Source: Patescibacteria group bacterium | GTDB lineage: Bacteria > Patescibacteriota > Patescibacteriia > JAHIZJ01 | Direction: 5' to 3' | Assembly: GCA_028714495.1 (NCBI GenBank) | Contig: JAQTMH010000002.1 | Coordinates: 75,471 to 139,470, forward strand | DNA: 64,000 nt | Shown here: positions 1 through 8,298 of the stretch, one piece after another | Numbering within the stretch: the stretch's first letter is position 1 | Layout: each line of letters starts with the position of its first letter | Translations under genes and position numbers: made by a program | The notes under the pieces: generated by a model | Seen by the model: the letters and a program-made list of their open reading frames with translations, nothing else | The model's database searches: none | Told to the model about the DNA's origin: nothing

Positions 1-457
1 CCCGGGCATCGCGGCGCAAAAAACCAAGTCTTTTTAATTGCGGACGGTTTTCTAGATCAAGCGTTACTAGCAGACGAGCCAGTCCGTGCCGAACACTGTC
101 TGCCTGACCCCTTACGCCGCCCCCGGATACCTTCACAGAAATATCGCCTTCGAGTTTATTCGCTAATACCTTAAGCGGGGCGAGAGCGAGGTTTTGAAGC
201 TCAAGGGTTTTAAAATATTTTTCAACTGGTTGCCCATTAACCGTGTATTTACCTTCGCCTTTTTTATAATATCGAACCCGGGCAATGGCTGTCTTTCTCC
301 GTCCAACCGCAAAAATATAGCTTAATCTTTTTGACTTAATTTTTTCCTCAACCGGCGCGACTGAGGTTTTTGCCACCCCTGTCTTCCTGGGCCGGCCGCG
401 CTTTCTTTTTGCCTCAATCGGTTTCTTGGCAATTGTCTTCTTTATGGCTTTTGGCAT
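1..457 (-). CDS. rpsI: 30S ribosomal protein S9, 3' end truncated by window edge
   Basis: Minus-strand translation from ATG at 455-457 gives MPKAIKK...YKKGEGKYTVNGQPVEKYF...GGGVRGQADSVRHGLARLL. S9 signature motifs; follows rplM as in the rplM-rpsI operon. Runs off the window, so absent from the ORF track. Confidence 0.85.
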   Translation of the reverse strand, partial: MPKAIKKTIAKKPIEAKRKRGRPRKTGVAKTSVAPVEEKIKSKRLSYIFAVGRRKTAIARVRYYKKGEGKYTVNGQPVEKYFKTLELQNLALAPLKVLANKLEGDISVKVSGGGVRGQADSVRHGLARLLVTLDLENRPQLKRLGFLRRDAR

Positions 458-460
458 ATT

Positions 461-823
461 TTAGATAAATAGTAATCGGGTCATTCGATGAGCGCGCAAA
501 CGGTTTGGCGGCAACATATTGTAGACCGCCTTATATAGAATTACCTGGGGTCGGCTTTTCAAATACTGGTCAAGCCTGACTTCTTTCATCCCCCCGGGGT
601 AACCGCTGTAGTGACGATAAACCTTTTTTGTTTCTTTCTTTCCCGTAATTTTAATTTCCTTAATATTCAATATTTTTACAGTTACTGAAATATCCAAATT
701 CGGAGCATAATCAGTTCGGTGTTTGCCCTGCAGTAAAAAAGCGATCTTTGAAGCCAGTCGTCCAAATGACTGGTTTCGCGCGTCCAGTTCAAAGATTTCA
801 GTTTTTTTACTTGTCTTTTTCAT
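461..823 (-). CDS. rplM: 50S ribosomal protein L13
   Basis: 120 aa. FGRLASKIAFLLQGKH and YxHxSGYPGG motifs are typical of L13. Confidence 0.93.
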   Translation of the reverse strand: MKKTSKKTEIFELDARNQSFGRLASKIAFLLQGKHRTDYAPNLDISVTVKILNIKEIKITGKKETKKVYRHYSGYPGGMKEVRLDQYLKSRPQVILYKAVYNMLPPNRLRAHRMTRLLFI

Positions 824-1256
824 GTTTTGCTCCTTTCTCTTTCTTCAATCCCTGGTCAGACTTTGGTTTTTTGACCTTGGATTTGGCGGTATCTTTTACC
901 GACCGATCCAAAAGCTCGATTACCGCCATTCGAGCGCCATCGCCCTGCCTGACGCCCGCCTTGATAATTCTGACAAAACCGCCGGATCTATTCGCGAATC
1001 TGATCGCTATCTCTGACATCAGCTTGCGGGCCGCTTTTTTACTATTAAGCAAGCTGATAAGTTGGCGGTGGCTGGCAAGATTCTGCTTTTTAGCAATGGT
1101 GACAAGGTGCTCGAAAAACGGCCGGAGCCACTTGGCCTTGGCTAGAGTAGTCACCATGTGCTCGGCCTCAATCAAACTAACCGCCATGTTGCGACGGAGT
1201 AAAACCCGCTGTGAGCGTGGTCGGTCAAGTGTCTTTTTTTCGTTCCGATGGCGCAT
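807..1256 (-). CDS. rplQ: 50S ribosomal protein L17
   Basis: 149 aa. MRHRNEKKTLDR...RFANRSGGFVRIIK is an L17 signature; Lys-rich C-terminal extension. Its end overlaps the rplM start by 17 nt. Confidence 0.92.
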   Translation of the reverse strand: MRHRNEKKTLDRPRSQRVLLRRNMAVSLIEAEHMVTTLAKAKWLRPFFEHLVTIAKKQNLASHRQLISLLNSKKAARKLMSEIAIRFANRSGGFVRIIKAGVRQGDGARMAVIELLDRSVKDTAKSKVKKPKSDQGLKKEKGAKHEKDK

Positions 1257-1274
1257 GAAAAATCGTTGAAGTTA

Positions 1275-2054
1275 TTATTCTTCCTTGCTTTCGGTCTTTT
1301 TCGGTCGGCCGCGTTTTTTCTTCGGTTCGGGAGTTTCCGCTTTAGTTTGAGCCTCAACTTTCGGCTTTTCAATATTTTCAACTATGTAGCCGAATTGGTC
1401 ATCCAGCACTTTGGCCGCCTGATATAGAGCCTCTTCCGGCTTGATCGTCCCGTCGGTAGTGATATCCAGCATCAGTTTATCGTAATTCGTCATCTGGCCG
1501 ACCCGGACATTATCGATATCGAAATTAACATTGCGAACCGGCGTGTAAACCGCGTCAATCGCGATCAGGCCAATCTCGCCTTTTTCTTTTTCCCGGCTTT
1601 CTACTGGCACGTAGCCTCGGCCCTTCTCAACCCTCAGTTCCATCTCAAATTCAGCCTTTTTATCGGTCAGCGTGGCGATTACCTGGTCAGGATTGCCTAT
1701 CTCAATTTCGCTGGTAAGCTTGATGTCCTTGGCCGTAACCTTCTTTTCCCCTTTTTCTTTCAGGGTAACTGTCACCGGGCCGTCTGAAAAAATCTTAAAA
1801 CGAACAGTTTTTAAATTCAGAATAATTTCCACTACGTCTTCCTTGACAAAAGGCAAGGTGGAAAATTCATGACTGACATTTTTAATCTTAACCGCGGTAA
1901 TCGCCGCTCCTTCAAGCGAAGACAGCAACACCCGGCGCAAGGCGTTGCCAAGCGTATTGCCATATCCGGGGTAGCACGGTTCAATCGTAAAAACGGCCCG
2001 GTTATGATCAATCTTTTTCACTTCGATATTCTTTGGCAGTGGGAGTGGTTCCAT
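1275..2054 (-). CDS. rpoA: DNA-directed RNA polymerase subunit alpha (short, 259 aa)
   Basis: N-terminal dimerisation domain motifs (GYGNTLGNALRRVLLSSLEGAAITAVKI) and alpha-operon position; C-terminal domain shortened. Confidence 0.9.
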   Translation of the reverse strand: MEPLPLPKNIEVKKIDHNRAVFTIEPCYPGYGNTLGNALRRVLLSSLEGAAITAVKIKNVSHEFSTLPFVKEDVVEIILNLKTVRFKIFSDGPVTVTLKEKGEKKVTAKDIKLTSEIEIGNPDQVIATLTDKKAEFEMELRVEKGRGYVPVESREKEKGEIGLIAIDAVYTPVRNVNFDIDNVRVGQMTNYDKLMLDITTDGTIKPEEALYQAAKVLDDQFGYIVENIEKPKVEAQTKAETPEPKKKRGRPKKTESKEE

Positions 2055-2075
2055 ATGTTTTTAAAAATTATTATT

Positions 2076-2711
2076 TTATCTAGAATAAAACTCGATAATC
2101 AACTGGGATTGGAAACTTTGTTTTAATTCTTCGGCCGTCGGATCGCCAATCACCTTGCCCTTAAGCTCTTTTTTATCTAAAGACAGCCAGCTTGGCGTTT
2201 CATGCTTGGCGATTCTTTTTACCAGTTCCTGGAAATAGGCTTTTTTCATTCGCCCCTCTTTCACAATAATTTCATCGCCGACCTTCACTTGATACGATGG
2301 GATGTTCACCGACCGGCCGTTAACCAAGAAATGGCCGTGGCTGACTAATTGCCTGGCTTGATTTCGGGAAACGCCAAAGCCCAAACGGAAGGCTGCATTG
2401 TCCAAACGGAATTCTAATAGTCTGGCTAAATTTACGGCAGTGTCGCCCTTCTGCTGTAAAGCCTTTTTGAAATAATTAAAAAACTGAGTTTCACGCAAGC
2501 CATATTGGCGTTTGGCTTTTTGCTTCTCCCTCAGCTGTAGTCCGTAATTCGAAAGCCTTCCCCGGCCCTTAACGCCCTGAAGTCCCGGCGGGTAGTTGCG
2601 CTTAAGCACGGGACATTTAGTAGTAAAACACTTCTCGCCCTTAATAAAAAGCTTTTCTCCCTCGCGCCGGCATTTTGAACACTTTGAATTTTTCAGTACG
2701 CTCATTATCAA
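2076..2711 (-). CDS. rpsD: 30S ribosomal protein S4 with N-terminal Cys4 zinc ribbon
   Basis: 211 aa. CSKCRREGEKLFIKGEKCFTTKCP zinc ribbon; S4 domain with LSNYGLQLREKQK...RLDN. Confidence 0.92.
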   Translation of the reverse strand: MIMSVLKNSKCSKCRREGEKLFIKGEKCFTTKCPVLKRNYPPGLQGVKGRGRLSNYGLQLREKQKAKRQYGLRETQFFNYFKKALQQKGDTAVNLARLLEFRLDNAAFRLGFGVSRNQARQLVSHGHFLVNGRSVNIPSYQVKVGDEIIVKEGRMKKAYFQELVKRIAKHETPSWLSLDKKELKGKVIGDPTAEELKQSFQSQLIIEFYSR

Positions 2712-2725
2712 ATATTATTTATTGT

Positions 2726-3193
2726 TTAGACGCGGCGCACCTTGGGCGGTCGAGGCCCATTATGCGGTATCGGAGTGACGTCCTTGATCGAAAGAATGCT
2801 CAAACCCTGAGCATTAAGCGCCCGAATCGCTCCCTCTCGGCCTGAGCCAACGCCCTTGATCCGAACATCGACCTCTTTAACGCCAAAATCACGGACCTTG
2901 TCCATAATTGATTTCACGATTATGCCAGCCGCGTAGGGCGTTGATTTTTTGGGTCCGGCAAATCCGCACCGTCCCGCTGATGAATTGGCCAAAACATTGC
3001 CTTCGGGATCGGTAAAGGTTACCAAAGTATTGTTGTAGGTAGCCAAAATATTTACTATGGCCCGGGTAACAAACTTCTTCGCGGCTTTTTTCTTCCGATA
3101 GCTCGGCTTGATAATTTTCTTCGAAGATTTTTCAGCCGTCTCTTTTTTCTCTGATTCAGGTTTTGGCTCTACTGATTTATTTTCTTCTGGCAT
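2726..3193 (-). CDS. rpsK: 30S ribosomal protein S11
   Basis: 155 aa. C-terminal 120 aa are a canonical S11 (GRCGFAGPKKSTPYAAG...). Basic, Lys-rich N-terminal extension. Confidence 0.92.
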   Translation of the reverse strand: MPEENKSVEPKPESEKKETAEKSSKKIIKPSYRKKKAAKKFVTRAIVNILATYNNTLVTFTDPEGNVLANSSAGRCGFAGPKKSTPYAAGIIVKSIMDKVRDFGVKEVDVRIKGVGSGREGAIRALNAQGLSILSIKDVTPIPHNGPRPPKVRRV

Positions 3194-3228
3194 ATTATTA
3201 AATAATTCTATTTACAATTTTCTTGGAT

Positions 3229-3621
3229 TTAGGTCTTCTCGGCAGACGGCCGGCGCCCGGAACCCATGGTGTGTCTAATATTGCCCCGGACAGTCCGATT
3301 ATTCGTCTTGGTTCGCTGGCCGCGCACCGGCAAGCCCTTGGCGTGCCTGGTTCCCCGATAGCAACCGATTTCTTTTAATCTTTTGACATTTGAGAAGCGG
3401 TCGCGCTTAAGCTCGCCTTCGACGCGGTAATTTTTGTTAATAAAGTCATTTATTTTTTTTATCTGTTCTTCGGTGAGGTCCTGGGTTCGGGTGTCTGGAT
3501 TTATGCCAGTGACGTCTAGGATTTTTTTAGCTAAAGGCCGGCCGACACCATAAATATAGGTAAGACCGATTTCAACGCGTTTATTTTGTGGAAGGGTTAC
3601 TCCGGCTAAGCGGGCAGCCAT
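3229..3621 (-). CDS. rpsM: 30S ribosomal protein S13
   Basis: 130 aa. [28 protein letters not shown] is an S13 signature. Confidence 0.93.
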   Translation of the reverse strand: MAARLAGVTLPQNKRVEIGLTYIYGVGRPLAKKILDVTGINPDTRTQDLTEEQIKKINDFINKNYRVEGELKRDRFSNVKRLKEIGCYRGTRHAKGLPVRGQRTKTNNRTVRGNIRHTMGSGRRPSAEKT

Positions 3622-3802
3622 GTTTTTATAATTACTGGTTACGGATTACGAGTATAAATTACGTATGCGTAAAGTATTTTTTATTTTCTAGAACAATTAT
3701 TTGTTACTTGAAACCCATAGCTCATTACCCAAAACTTGTATCTCTGAACTTACAACCTGTAACCTGAAACTTGTAGCTTTAAACTTGTAACTCTTCTATC
3801 TT
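3622..3802 (-). promoter_or_regulatory. rpmJ-rpsM spacer; putative alpha-operon leader with four AAC(C/T)TGTA tandem repeats
   Basis: An unusually long 181-bp non-coding gap inside the normally compact infA-rpmJ-rpsM block. Repeats AAACTTGTA / CAACCTGTA / AAACTTGTA / AAACTTGTA sit at about 3731-3792 with 12-14 bp period. The position corresponds to the S4-regulated rpsM leader of E. coli and B. subtilis. Confidence 0.4.
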
Positions 3803-3916
3803 CTACCCTTGGCGTTGTTTGTGTTTTGGATTTGAACAAATCACCATCAGCCTTTTCTTGCGCCGAATGAGTTTGCATTCTTTGCACATTTTTTTTACGG
3901 AGGCTCTCACTTTCAT
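3803..3916 (-). CDS. rpmJ: 50S ribosomal protein L36 (37 aa); missing from the ORF track because it is under 60 aa
   Basis: Manual translation: [37 protein letters not shown]. Canonical L36 with C-x2-C...C-x4-H zinc ribbon; lies between infA and rpsM. Confidence 0.9.
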   Translation of the reverse strand: MKVRASVKKMCKECKLIRRKKRLMVICSNPKHKQRQG

Positions 3917-3924
3917 GGATTTTT

Positions 3925-4182
3925 TTAATCACGATAGACGATTCTGGCTTTGCTCAAATCATAGGGAGTCATTTCCAGGCTAACTCTGTCACCCGGCAAT
4001 ATTTTAATCCGATTCAGACGCATCCGGCCAGAGAGATGGGCCAAAACCAAGTGACCGTTTTCCAAAACTACTTTGAAAGTCGCGTTTGGCAATAATTCAT
4101 CAACTACCCCCTTGGCCTCAATAAATCCCGGCTTTGCTTTCGGACGTACTCTCGTTGGCTGATTTATTGGACGTTTTCGCAT
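3925..4182 (-). CDS. infA: translation initiation factor IF-1
   Basis: 85 aa. [31 protein letters not shown] is an IF-1 S1-like OB fold. Confidence 0.93.
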   Translation of the reverse strand: MRKRPINQPTRVRPKAKPGFIEAKGVVDELLPNATFKVVLENGHLVLAHLSGRMRLNRIKILPGDRVSLEMTPYDLSKARIVYRD

Positions 4183-4343
4183 ACTTAAACAAAAATTCTT
4201 CGGTCAAGCTGCTCGACTAAAGAATTGCATTATCCCAACAATTCTAGACGAAAGCTTGACTTCTGGGTTAGTTTTTAATGTAAAATCATTCTACAATAGG
4301 CCTTAATGCTTGTCAAATCAGATTCCCACTTAACCGGCAGTTT

Positions 4344-4372
4344 TTGACCATTTTGCCTATCCCTGGTACAAT
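4344..4372 (+). promoter_or_regulatory. sigma-70 type promoter (TTGACC-N17-TACAAT) for the ABC transporter operon; transcript probably leaderless
   Basis: -35 TTGACC at 4344-4349, 17-nt spacer, -10 TACAAT at 4367-4372. The ATG at 4379 is 7 nt after the -10, which implies a leaderless mRNA. Confidence 0.5.
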
Positions 4373-4378
4373 TTCCCT

Positions 4379-5311
4379 ATGCCAATTATTGAAGTAAAAA
4401 ATCTGGTCAAGAAATTTCCCCAGCCTGGCGGTGGCGAGCTTATGGCAGTGGCGGATATATCTTTCACAATTGAGCCAGGCGAGATTTTTGGTCTAGTTGG
4501 GCCGAACGGCGCAGGTAAAACTACCACCCTGGAAATAATTGAGGGGCTGCAAAAGCCTTCCGGCGGCAATACCATCGTTCTTGGTTTCGATTCCCAACAC
4601 GAAGTGGCCAAGGTAAAAGAGCGGATCGGCATCCAGCTTCAATCCTCTTCCTTCTTTGATTATCTGAACTTAATGGAAATTCTGAAACTTTACGGCGGGT
4701 TCTACCCAAAACAGTCTGACCCGGAAGAGCTCCTGCGGATCGTTGAGCTTAGTGAAAAAAGAAAATCTTTGGTCAAACAGCTTTCGGGCGGTCAACAGCA
4801 GCGCTTTTCAATCGCGGTCAGCCTGGTCAATGAACCTGAGGTAGTTTTCTTGGATGAACCAACAACCGGTCTAGATCCACAGGCTCGCCGGCATATGTGG
4901 GATTTCATTCGAAAAATAAATGAACGGGGCAAGACGATTGTTTTAACTACTCACTACATGGAAGAAGCGGAAACACTGTGCGATCGAGTCGGCATAATCG
5001 ACCACGGTAAAATTGTCGCCCTCGATACCCCGGATAATTTAATCAATCACCTTGAGGCCACGGCGCATTTGAGTTTTCAAACAGAAAAAGAGATGGATCC
5101 ATATGAACTTGGTAAAATCACCGGCGTCCTAGCCAGCGAAAAAAACGGCGAAGGAATCTACCGTTTAAAAATTACCAACGCTTCTGAAGTCCTGCCACCG
5201 CTTTTCCGCTGGTCTCATGAGCAAAATAACCGACTTAATAATATAGAAATTTCCCGCGCCAATTTGGAAGACGTCTTTTTAGCCTTAACCGGGAGTCGAA
5301 TCCGTGAATAG
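4379..5311 (+). CDS. ABC transporter ATP-binding protein (ABC-2 exporter family)
   Basis: Walker A GPNGAGKTT, ABC signature LSGGQQQR, Walker B VVFLDEPTTGLD, H-loop. Confidence 0.9.
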   Translation: MPIIEVKNLVKKFPQPGGGELMAVADISFTIEPGEIFGLVGPNGAGKTTTLEIIEGLQKPSGGNTIVLGFDSQHEVAKVKERIGIQLQSSSFFDYLNLMEILKLYGGFYPKQSDPEELLRIVELSEKRKSLVKQLSGGQQQRFSIAVSLVNEPEVVFLDEPTTGLDPQARRHMWDFIRKINERGKTIVLTTHYMEEAETLCDRVGIIDHGKIVALDTPDNLINHLEATAHLSFQTEKEMDPYELGKITGVLASEKNGEGIYRLKITNASEVLPPLFRWSHEQNNRLNNIEISRANLEDVFLALTGSRIRE

Positions 5312-6401
5312 CCCGACTTTCAAGCTTTTTATAGCCAATATCAAGATGACCTTCCGGGATAAGCAGTCTCTTTTCTGGTCTTTGCTTTTTCCTTTACTTT
5401 TCTTGCTTATTTTTGGTTTATTTCGTTTCGATTCGCCGCAGAAATACAATGTTCAGTTTCTCGATGAATCCAAAACCCCGGTTTCACAGCAGTTGATTGA
5501 TAATCTCATGTCGCTCAACGTCTTTTTCCAGAAGGATTTCGGTACCTTAGACGCTGCCCGCGAACAATTAAAGAAAGGCGAACTTGCGGGTATCATTATT
5601 ATCCCATCCCAGTTCGGCACGATCAATCCAAAAGAGCAGAAAGAGCCAGTTCCCTTTAACGTTATTATTGATGGAAGCAATCAGCAGGCGCAAATTATCG
5701 GCACTATCCTAAACCAGTTTTTAAATGACTACACGCTTCAGACGACTGGCACGCCCAAACTCTTTACCGTCGCAACAGAGGGAGTCCAGGGCCACAATGT
5801 CAAATATCTGGATTTTATCATGCCAGGCATCCTCGGCATGGCGATTATGTTCTCATCGATTATCGGAATCGCCGTAGGCATTACCCGTTATCGTGAACGA
5901 AAAATCCTGAAGCGTCTGATGGCCACTCCGATAAAAATCCGAAGCTACCTGATTTCTGAGGTTGGCAATTATCTTTTCCTAGCTTTAATGCAAATTACTC
6001 TGATTATCGGCGTCGGCCGCTTCCTCTTTCATGTCCAGGTTTATGGAAGCTATCTCTGGCTTGTTTTAATTACCTTGGCTGGGACAATTATTTTCCTCAA
6101 TATCGGGTTTTTCGTGGCTGGGCAAGCAAAAACTGTAAACACGGCTGAAGCCATGTCTAACGCGTTTACAACGCCAATGATGTTTCTCTCTGGCGTCTTT
6201 TTCTCACCCGATATGCTGCCGAAACTCGTGGGTAAGATAGTTGATTATTTGCCGTTGACTTCGCTTCTCAAAATTTTACGCGGCATATCAATTGACGGTC
6301 GTGCGCCAACTGAGTATCCTCTGGCACTGGCTATCCTTGGCGGCTGGATCATAGTTTCGTTTATCCTGGCCTGGAAATCTTTCCGTTTGGATAGAGTTTA
6401 A
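5304..6401 (+). CDS. ABC-2 type transporter permease
   Basis: 365 aa. N-terminal TM helix, large extracytoplasmic loop, then 5 C-terminal TM helices; 8-nt overlap with the upstream ATPase gene. Confidence 0.8.
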   Translation: MNSPTFKLFIANIKMTFRDKQSLFWSLLFPLLFLLIFGLFRFDSPQKYNVQFLDESKTPVSQQLIDNLMSLNVFFQKDFGTLDAAREQLKKGELAGIIIIPSQFGTINPKEQKEPVPFNVIIDGSNQQAQIIGTILNQFLNDYTLQTTGTPKLFTVATEGVQGHNVKYLDFIMPGILGMAIMFSSIIGIAVGITRYRERKILKRLMATPIKIRSYLISEVGNYLFLALMQITLIIGVGRFLFHVQVYGSYLWLVLITLAGTIIFLNIGFFVAGQAKTVNTAEAMSNAFTTPMMFLSGVFFSPDMLPKLVGKIVDYLPLTSLLKILRGISIDGRAPTEYPLALAILGGWIIVSFILAWKSFRLDRV

Positions 6402-6472
6402 TTTACATATTTTTTATATTAAAAAACGGTCTATCTTTCCGATAAACCGGATTTTGTTTTTGATTAGAATTC

Positions 6473-7072
6473 TTATTGGATTTTCGGATATACCTTATAG
6501 TCGTTAGGCACGATCCGGAGCTTGCAATTACCCGTGAAATAAACAAAAAATTCATCAGTATCGGCGTTAGAGAATGATTCAATATTAAACAGACTGCTTA
6601 GCCCTTTTAAATACGGCTTTGTGAATGAATCCTCATCGGAATTGATAGACAGATCTGGGAATTTACTAAAAGTTTTATAATAATCCTGCAGGCTTTGTGA
6701 AACTTTGACTACCGCGGTATCTTTTTCATCGCATACGGCGCCCTGGAACTTTATAGGCGGAAGACCATATAACAATAAAACCGCGGCGACAATCGTGGTA
6801 ATCGGTATATATCTTGGTAAACTTCTGTTTCTAAGTACCCGATACAAACCAAATCCGTTAAACACCGTGGAGAATAATAGATAGCCAAGGGCAAAAGCGT
6901 CTGACCATGGATTTAAAGCTGGCTGGCTGATGTGTCCAGAGATCCTTTCCGCGTATTCTAGGACAACCGGAGAAAACAACAGCCAAGGCAAACTTAATGC
7001 CACCAAAAAAAGAAATAAATTCGTAATTTTTTTCTCAAGTGTTTTTTGCATAAATCTATTTGTAATAAACAT
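6473..7072 (-). CDS. hypothetical membrane protein (about 4 TM helices, soluble C-terminal domain)
   Basis: 199-aa ORF with hydrophobic N-terminal half; no recognisable motifs. Confidence 0.55.
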   Translation of the reverse strand: MFITNRFMQKTLEKKITNLFLFLVALSLPWLLFSPVVLEYAERISGHISQPALNPWSDAFALGYLLFSTVFNGFGLYRVLRNRSLPRYIPITTIVAAVLLLYGLPPIKFQGAVCDEKDTAVVKVSQSLQDYYKTFSKFPDLSINSDEDSFTKPYLKGLSSLFNIESFSNADTDEFFVYFTGNCKLRIVPNDYKVYPKIQ

Positions 7073-7304
7073 TATATCAAATTTTCAATTTAATTAAAAA
7101 TGTGAGGCGGAAGACTCCAGAATTATACTAAAGCCTCCCGCCTATTGTGAATGAACACGTGCTCTCCCCCTCTCCACCCACCCTCGTGGATAGAAACCCT
7201 CGAAGCAGGCCCGTTTTTTTGTCGAGACAACCTCGAAGGAAAAAGACGGCAGGGAGATTTGTCTTAATTCTAAATGCACGAATGGCGGGCGGAGAGGGAG
7301 ATTG

Positions 7305-7342
7305 AAACAAAAAGACGGGGAAATAACCCGTCTTTTTGTTTC
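7305..7342. terminator. bidirectional intrinsic terminator (AAAAAGACGGG-gaaataa-CCCGTCTTTTTGTTT)
   Basis: Perfect 6-bp GC-rich stem flanked by an A5 run upstream and T5GT3 downstream, so it is terminator-like on both strands. Confidence 0.55.
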
Positions 7343-7498
7343 TCTCGATTTTCAAACAGCCTATTATTTGCCCACCTCCTCTTCCGCCAGTGAAGACCAG
7401 AGGACGGGTTGACCTCCACCAGATGAAAGTACTAAAGGCGAGCAAACAATAAACTGCTTGGTTTGTGAATGAACAATTTGTATTTTTATTTTTATTAG

Positions 7499-7532
7499 AA
7501 GGGGCCTTGAGGGCAGACCCGAAGGCCCCCGT
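7499..7532 (-). terminator. GC-rich hairpin immediately 3' of ssb (GGGGCCTT...AAGGCCCC)
   Basis: 8-bp stem starting 8 nt after the ssb stop. The U-tract on the ssb strand is poor (UUCUAAUAAAAA), so this may be a stability element rather than an efficient terminator. Confidence 0.4.
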
Positions 7533-7538
7533 AATATT

Positions 7539-7970
7539 TTAGGCGGCTGGCTCTTCCACCGGCACTTCCTGGAGGCTTATCTCTTCCTTTGCCAGGGCTT
7601 CTTGTTTCTTGGCTTCATCCTGCTCCACTTTCTTCGAGCCCAAATGGCCGAGCATAATGACATTGTCAGCGATAATTTCCGTGCGCGACCGGCGGTTGCC
7701 CGATTTATCAGCCCAGAAGCGCGTTTGCAGGCGGCCTTCCAAATAAATCTTCGCGCCCTTTTTCAGATACTGGCCGCAAATCTCGCCCAGTTTTCCCCAA
7801 GCCACAACATTGTGGAATTCGGTCGATTCTTTCTTTTCGCGTGACTTGAGATCGCGCCAAACGTAATTGGTCGCCACGCTGAACGAAGCCATGTTTTGAC
7901 CAGATGGCAATGTTCGGATCATGGGGTCTTTGGTCAGATTCCCGATGATGCTTGCTTTATTAAGGTTCAT
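7539..7970 (-). CDS. ssb: single-stranded DNA-binding protein lacking the canonical acidic C-terminal tip
   Basis: OB-fold motifs (ASIIGNLTKDP...HNVVAWGKLGE...GRLQTRFW). Probable start is the ATG at 7970 (GAGAGG 7 nt upstream); the track start at 7985 is a TTG. C-terminus ends ...EVPVEEPAA, not D-D-D-I-P-F. Confidence 0.88.
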   Translation of the reverse strand: MNLNKASIIGNLTKDPMIRTLPSGQNMASFSVATNYVWRDLKSREKKESTEFHNVVAWGKLGEICGQYLKKGAKIYLEGRLQTRFWADKSGNRRSRTEIIADNVIMLGHLGSKKVEQDEAKKQEALAKEEISLQEVPVEEPAA

Positions 7971-8033
7971 AACCTTTCCTCTCAAACTCCCAAGCCGGCT
8001 TTTTGATATTTCAACCTGTTGTCCACAATCCCT

Positions 8034-8140
8034 AGCGACGGCTCTAAATCTTGACGGCTCTGTCGCTACTCTCTTTTTATCCGCTCAACCGGTGATTTTC
8101 CTTTTTATAGCGACGGCTCTAATCTCCGCGACGGCTCTAT
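8034..8140 (+). promoter_or_regulatory. four direct GCGACGGCTCTA (GACGGCTCT) repeats in the ssb upstream region, with a TTGTCCACA DnaA-box-like site at 8018-8026
   Basis: GACGGCTCT at 8037, 8053, 8112 and 8130, as two pairs 16-18 bp apart and separated by about 75 bp. All four are direct, suggesting an iteron-like array. Confidence 0.45.
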
Positions 8141-8298
8141 CACCTATCTTCATTTTAGCACCAGTGTCATTTCTGTCAATAAAAACGCTGACGCATTATA
8201 TGCCCCAGACATATTAAAATAGCGCTGCAACTTTCTACAGCGTATATTCTTTGGCGGTAACAAAGATAAATACTATTTCAACCTTCGCTGGCTTGTGA

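Noticed and set aside
1672-2126. Numerous 60-120-aa antisense or overlapping ORFs inside well-supported genes, for example 1672..1872, 5453..5680, 17767..17952 and 45715..46176
   Set aside because: Each is fully embedded in, or antisense to, a gene with strong homology-based support, and has no independent RBS or motif. They are typical spurious ORFs of moderately GC-rich coding DNA.
3750-3932. 60-aa ORF on the minus strand in the infA-rpsM gap
   Set aside because: Out of frame with, and overlapping, a perfect canonical L36 gene (rpmJ, 3803-3916). No RBS and no similarity to anything, so it is spurious.
7402-7430. GGACGGGUUGACCUCCACCA resembling a tmRNA 3' end
   Set aside because: No 7-nt T-loop, no complementary GGGG 5' acceptor strand at an appropriate distance, and no tag ORF.
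7128-7445. 105-aa ORF (minus) inside the structured region 3' of ssb
   Set aside because: Low-complexity, Gly/Arg-rich translation of GC-rich hairpins. No RBS, and it spans two terminator hairpins, so it is not coding.
7971-7985. ssb start at 7985 as given in the ORF track
   Set aside because: The codon at 7983-7985 is TTG with no RBS. The ATG at 7970 has GAGAGG 7 nt upstream and gives a canonical SSB N-terminus (MNLNKASIIGN).
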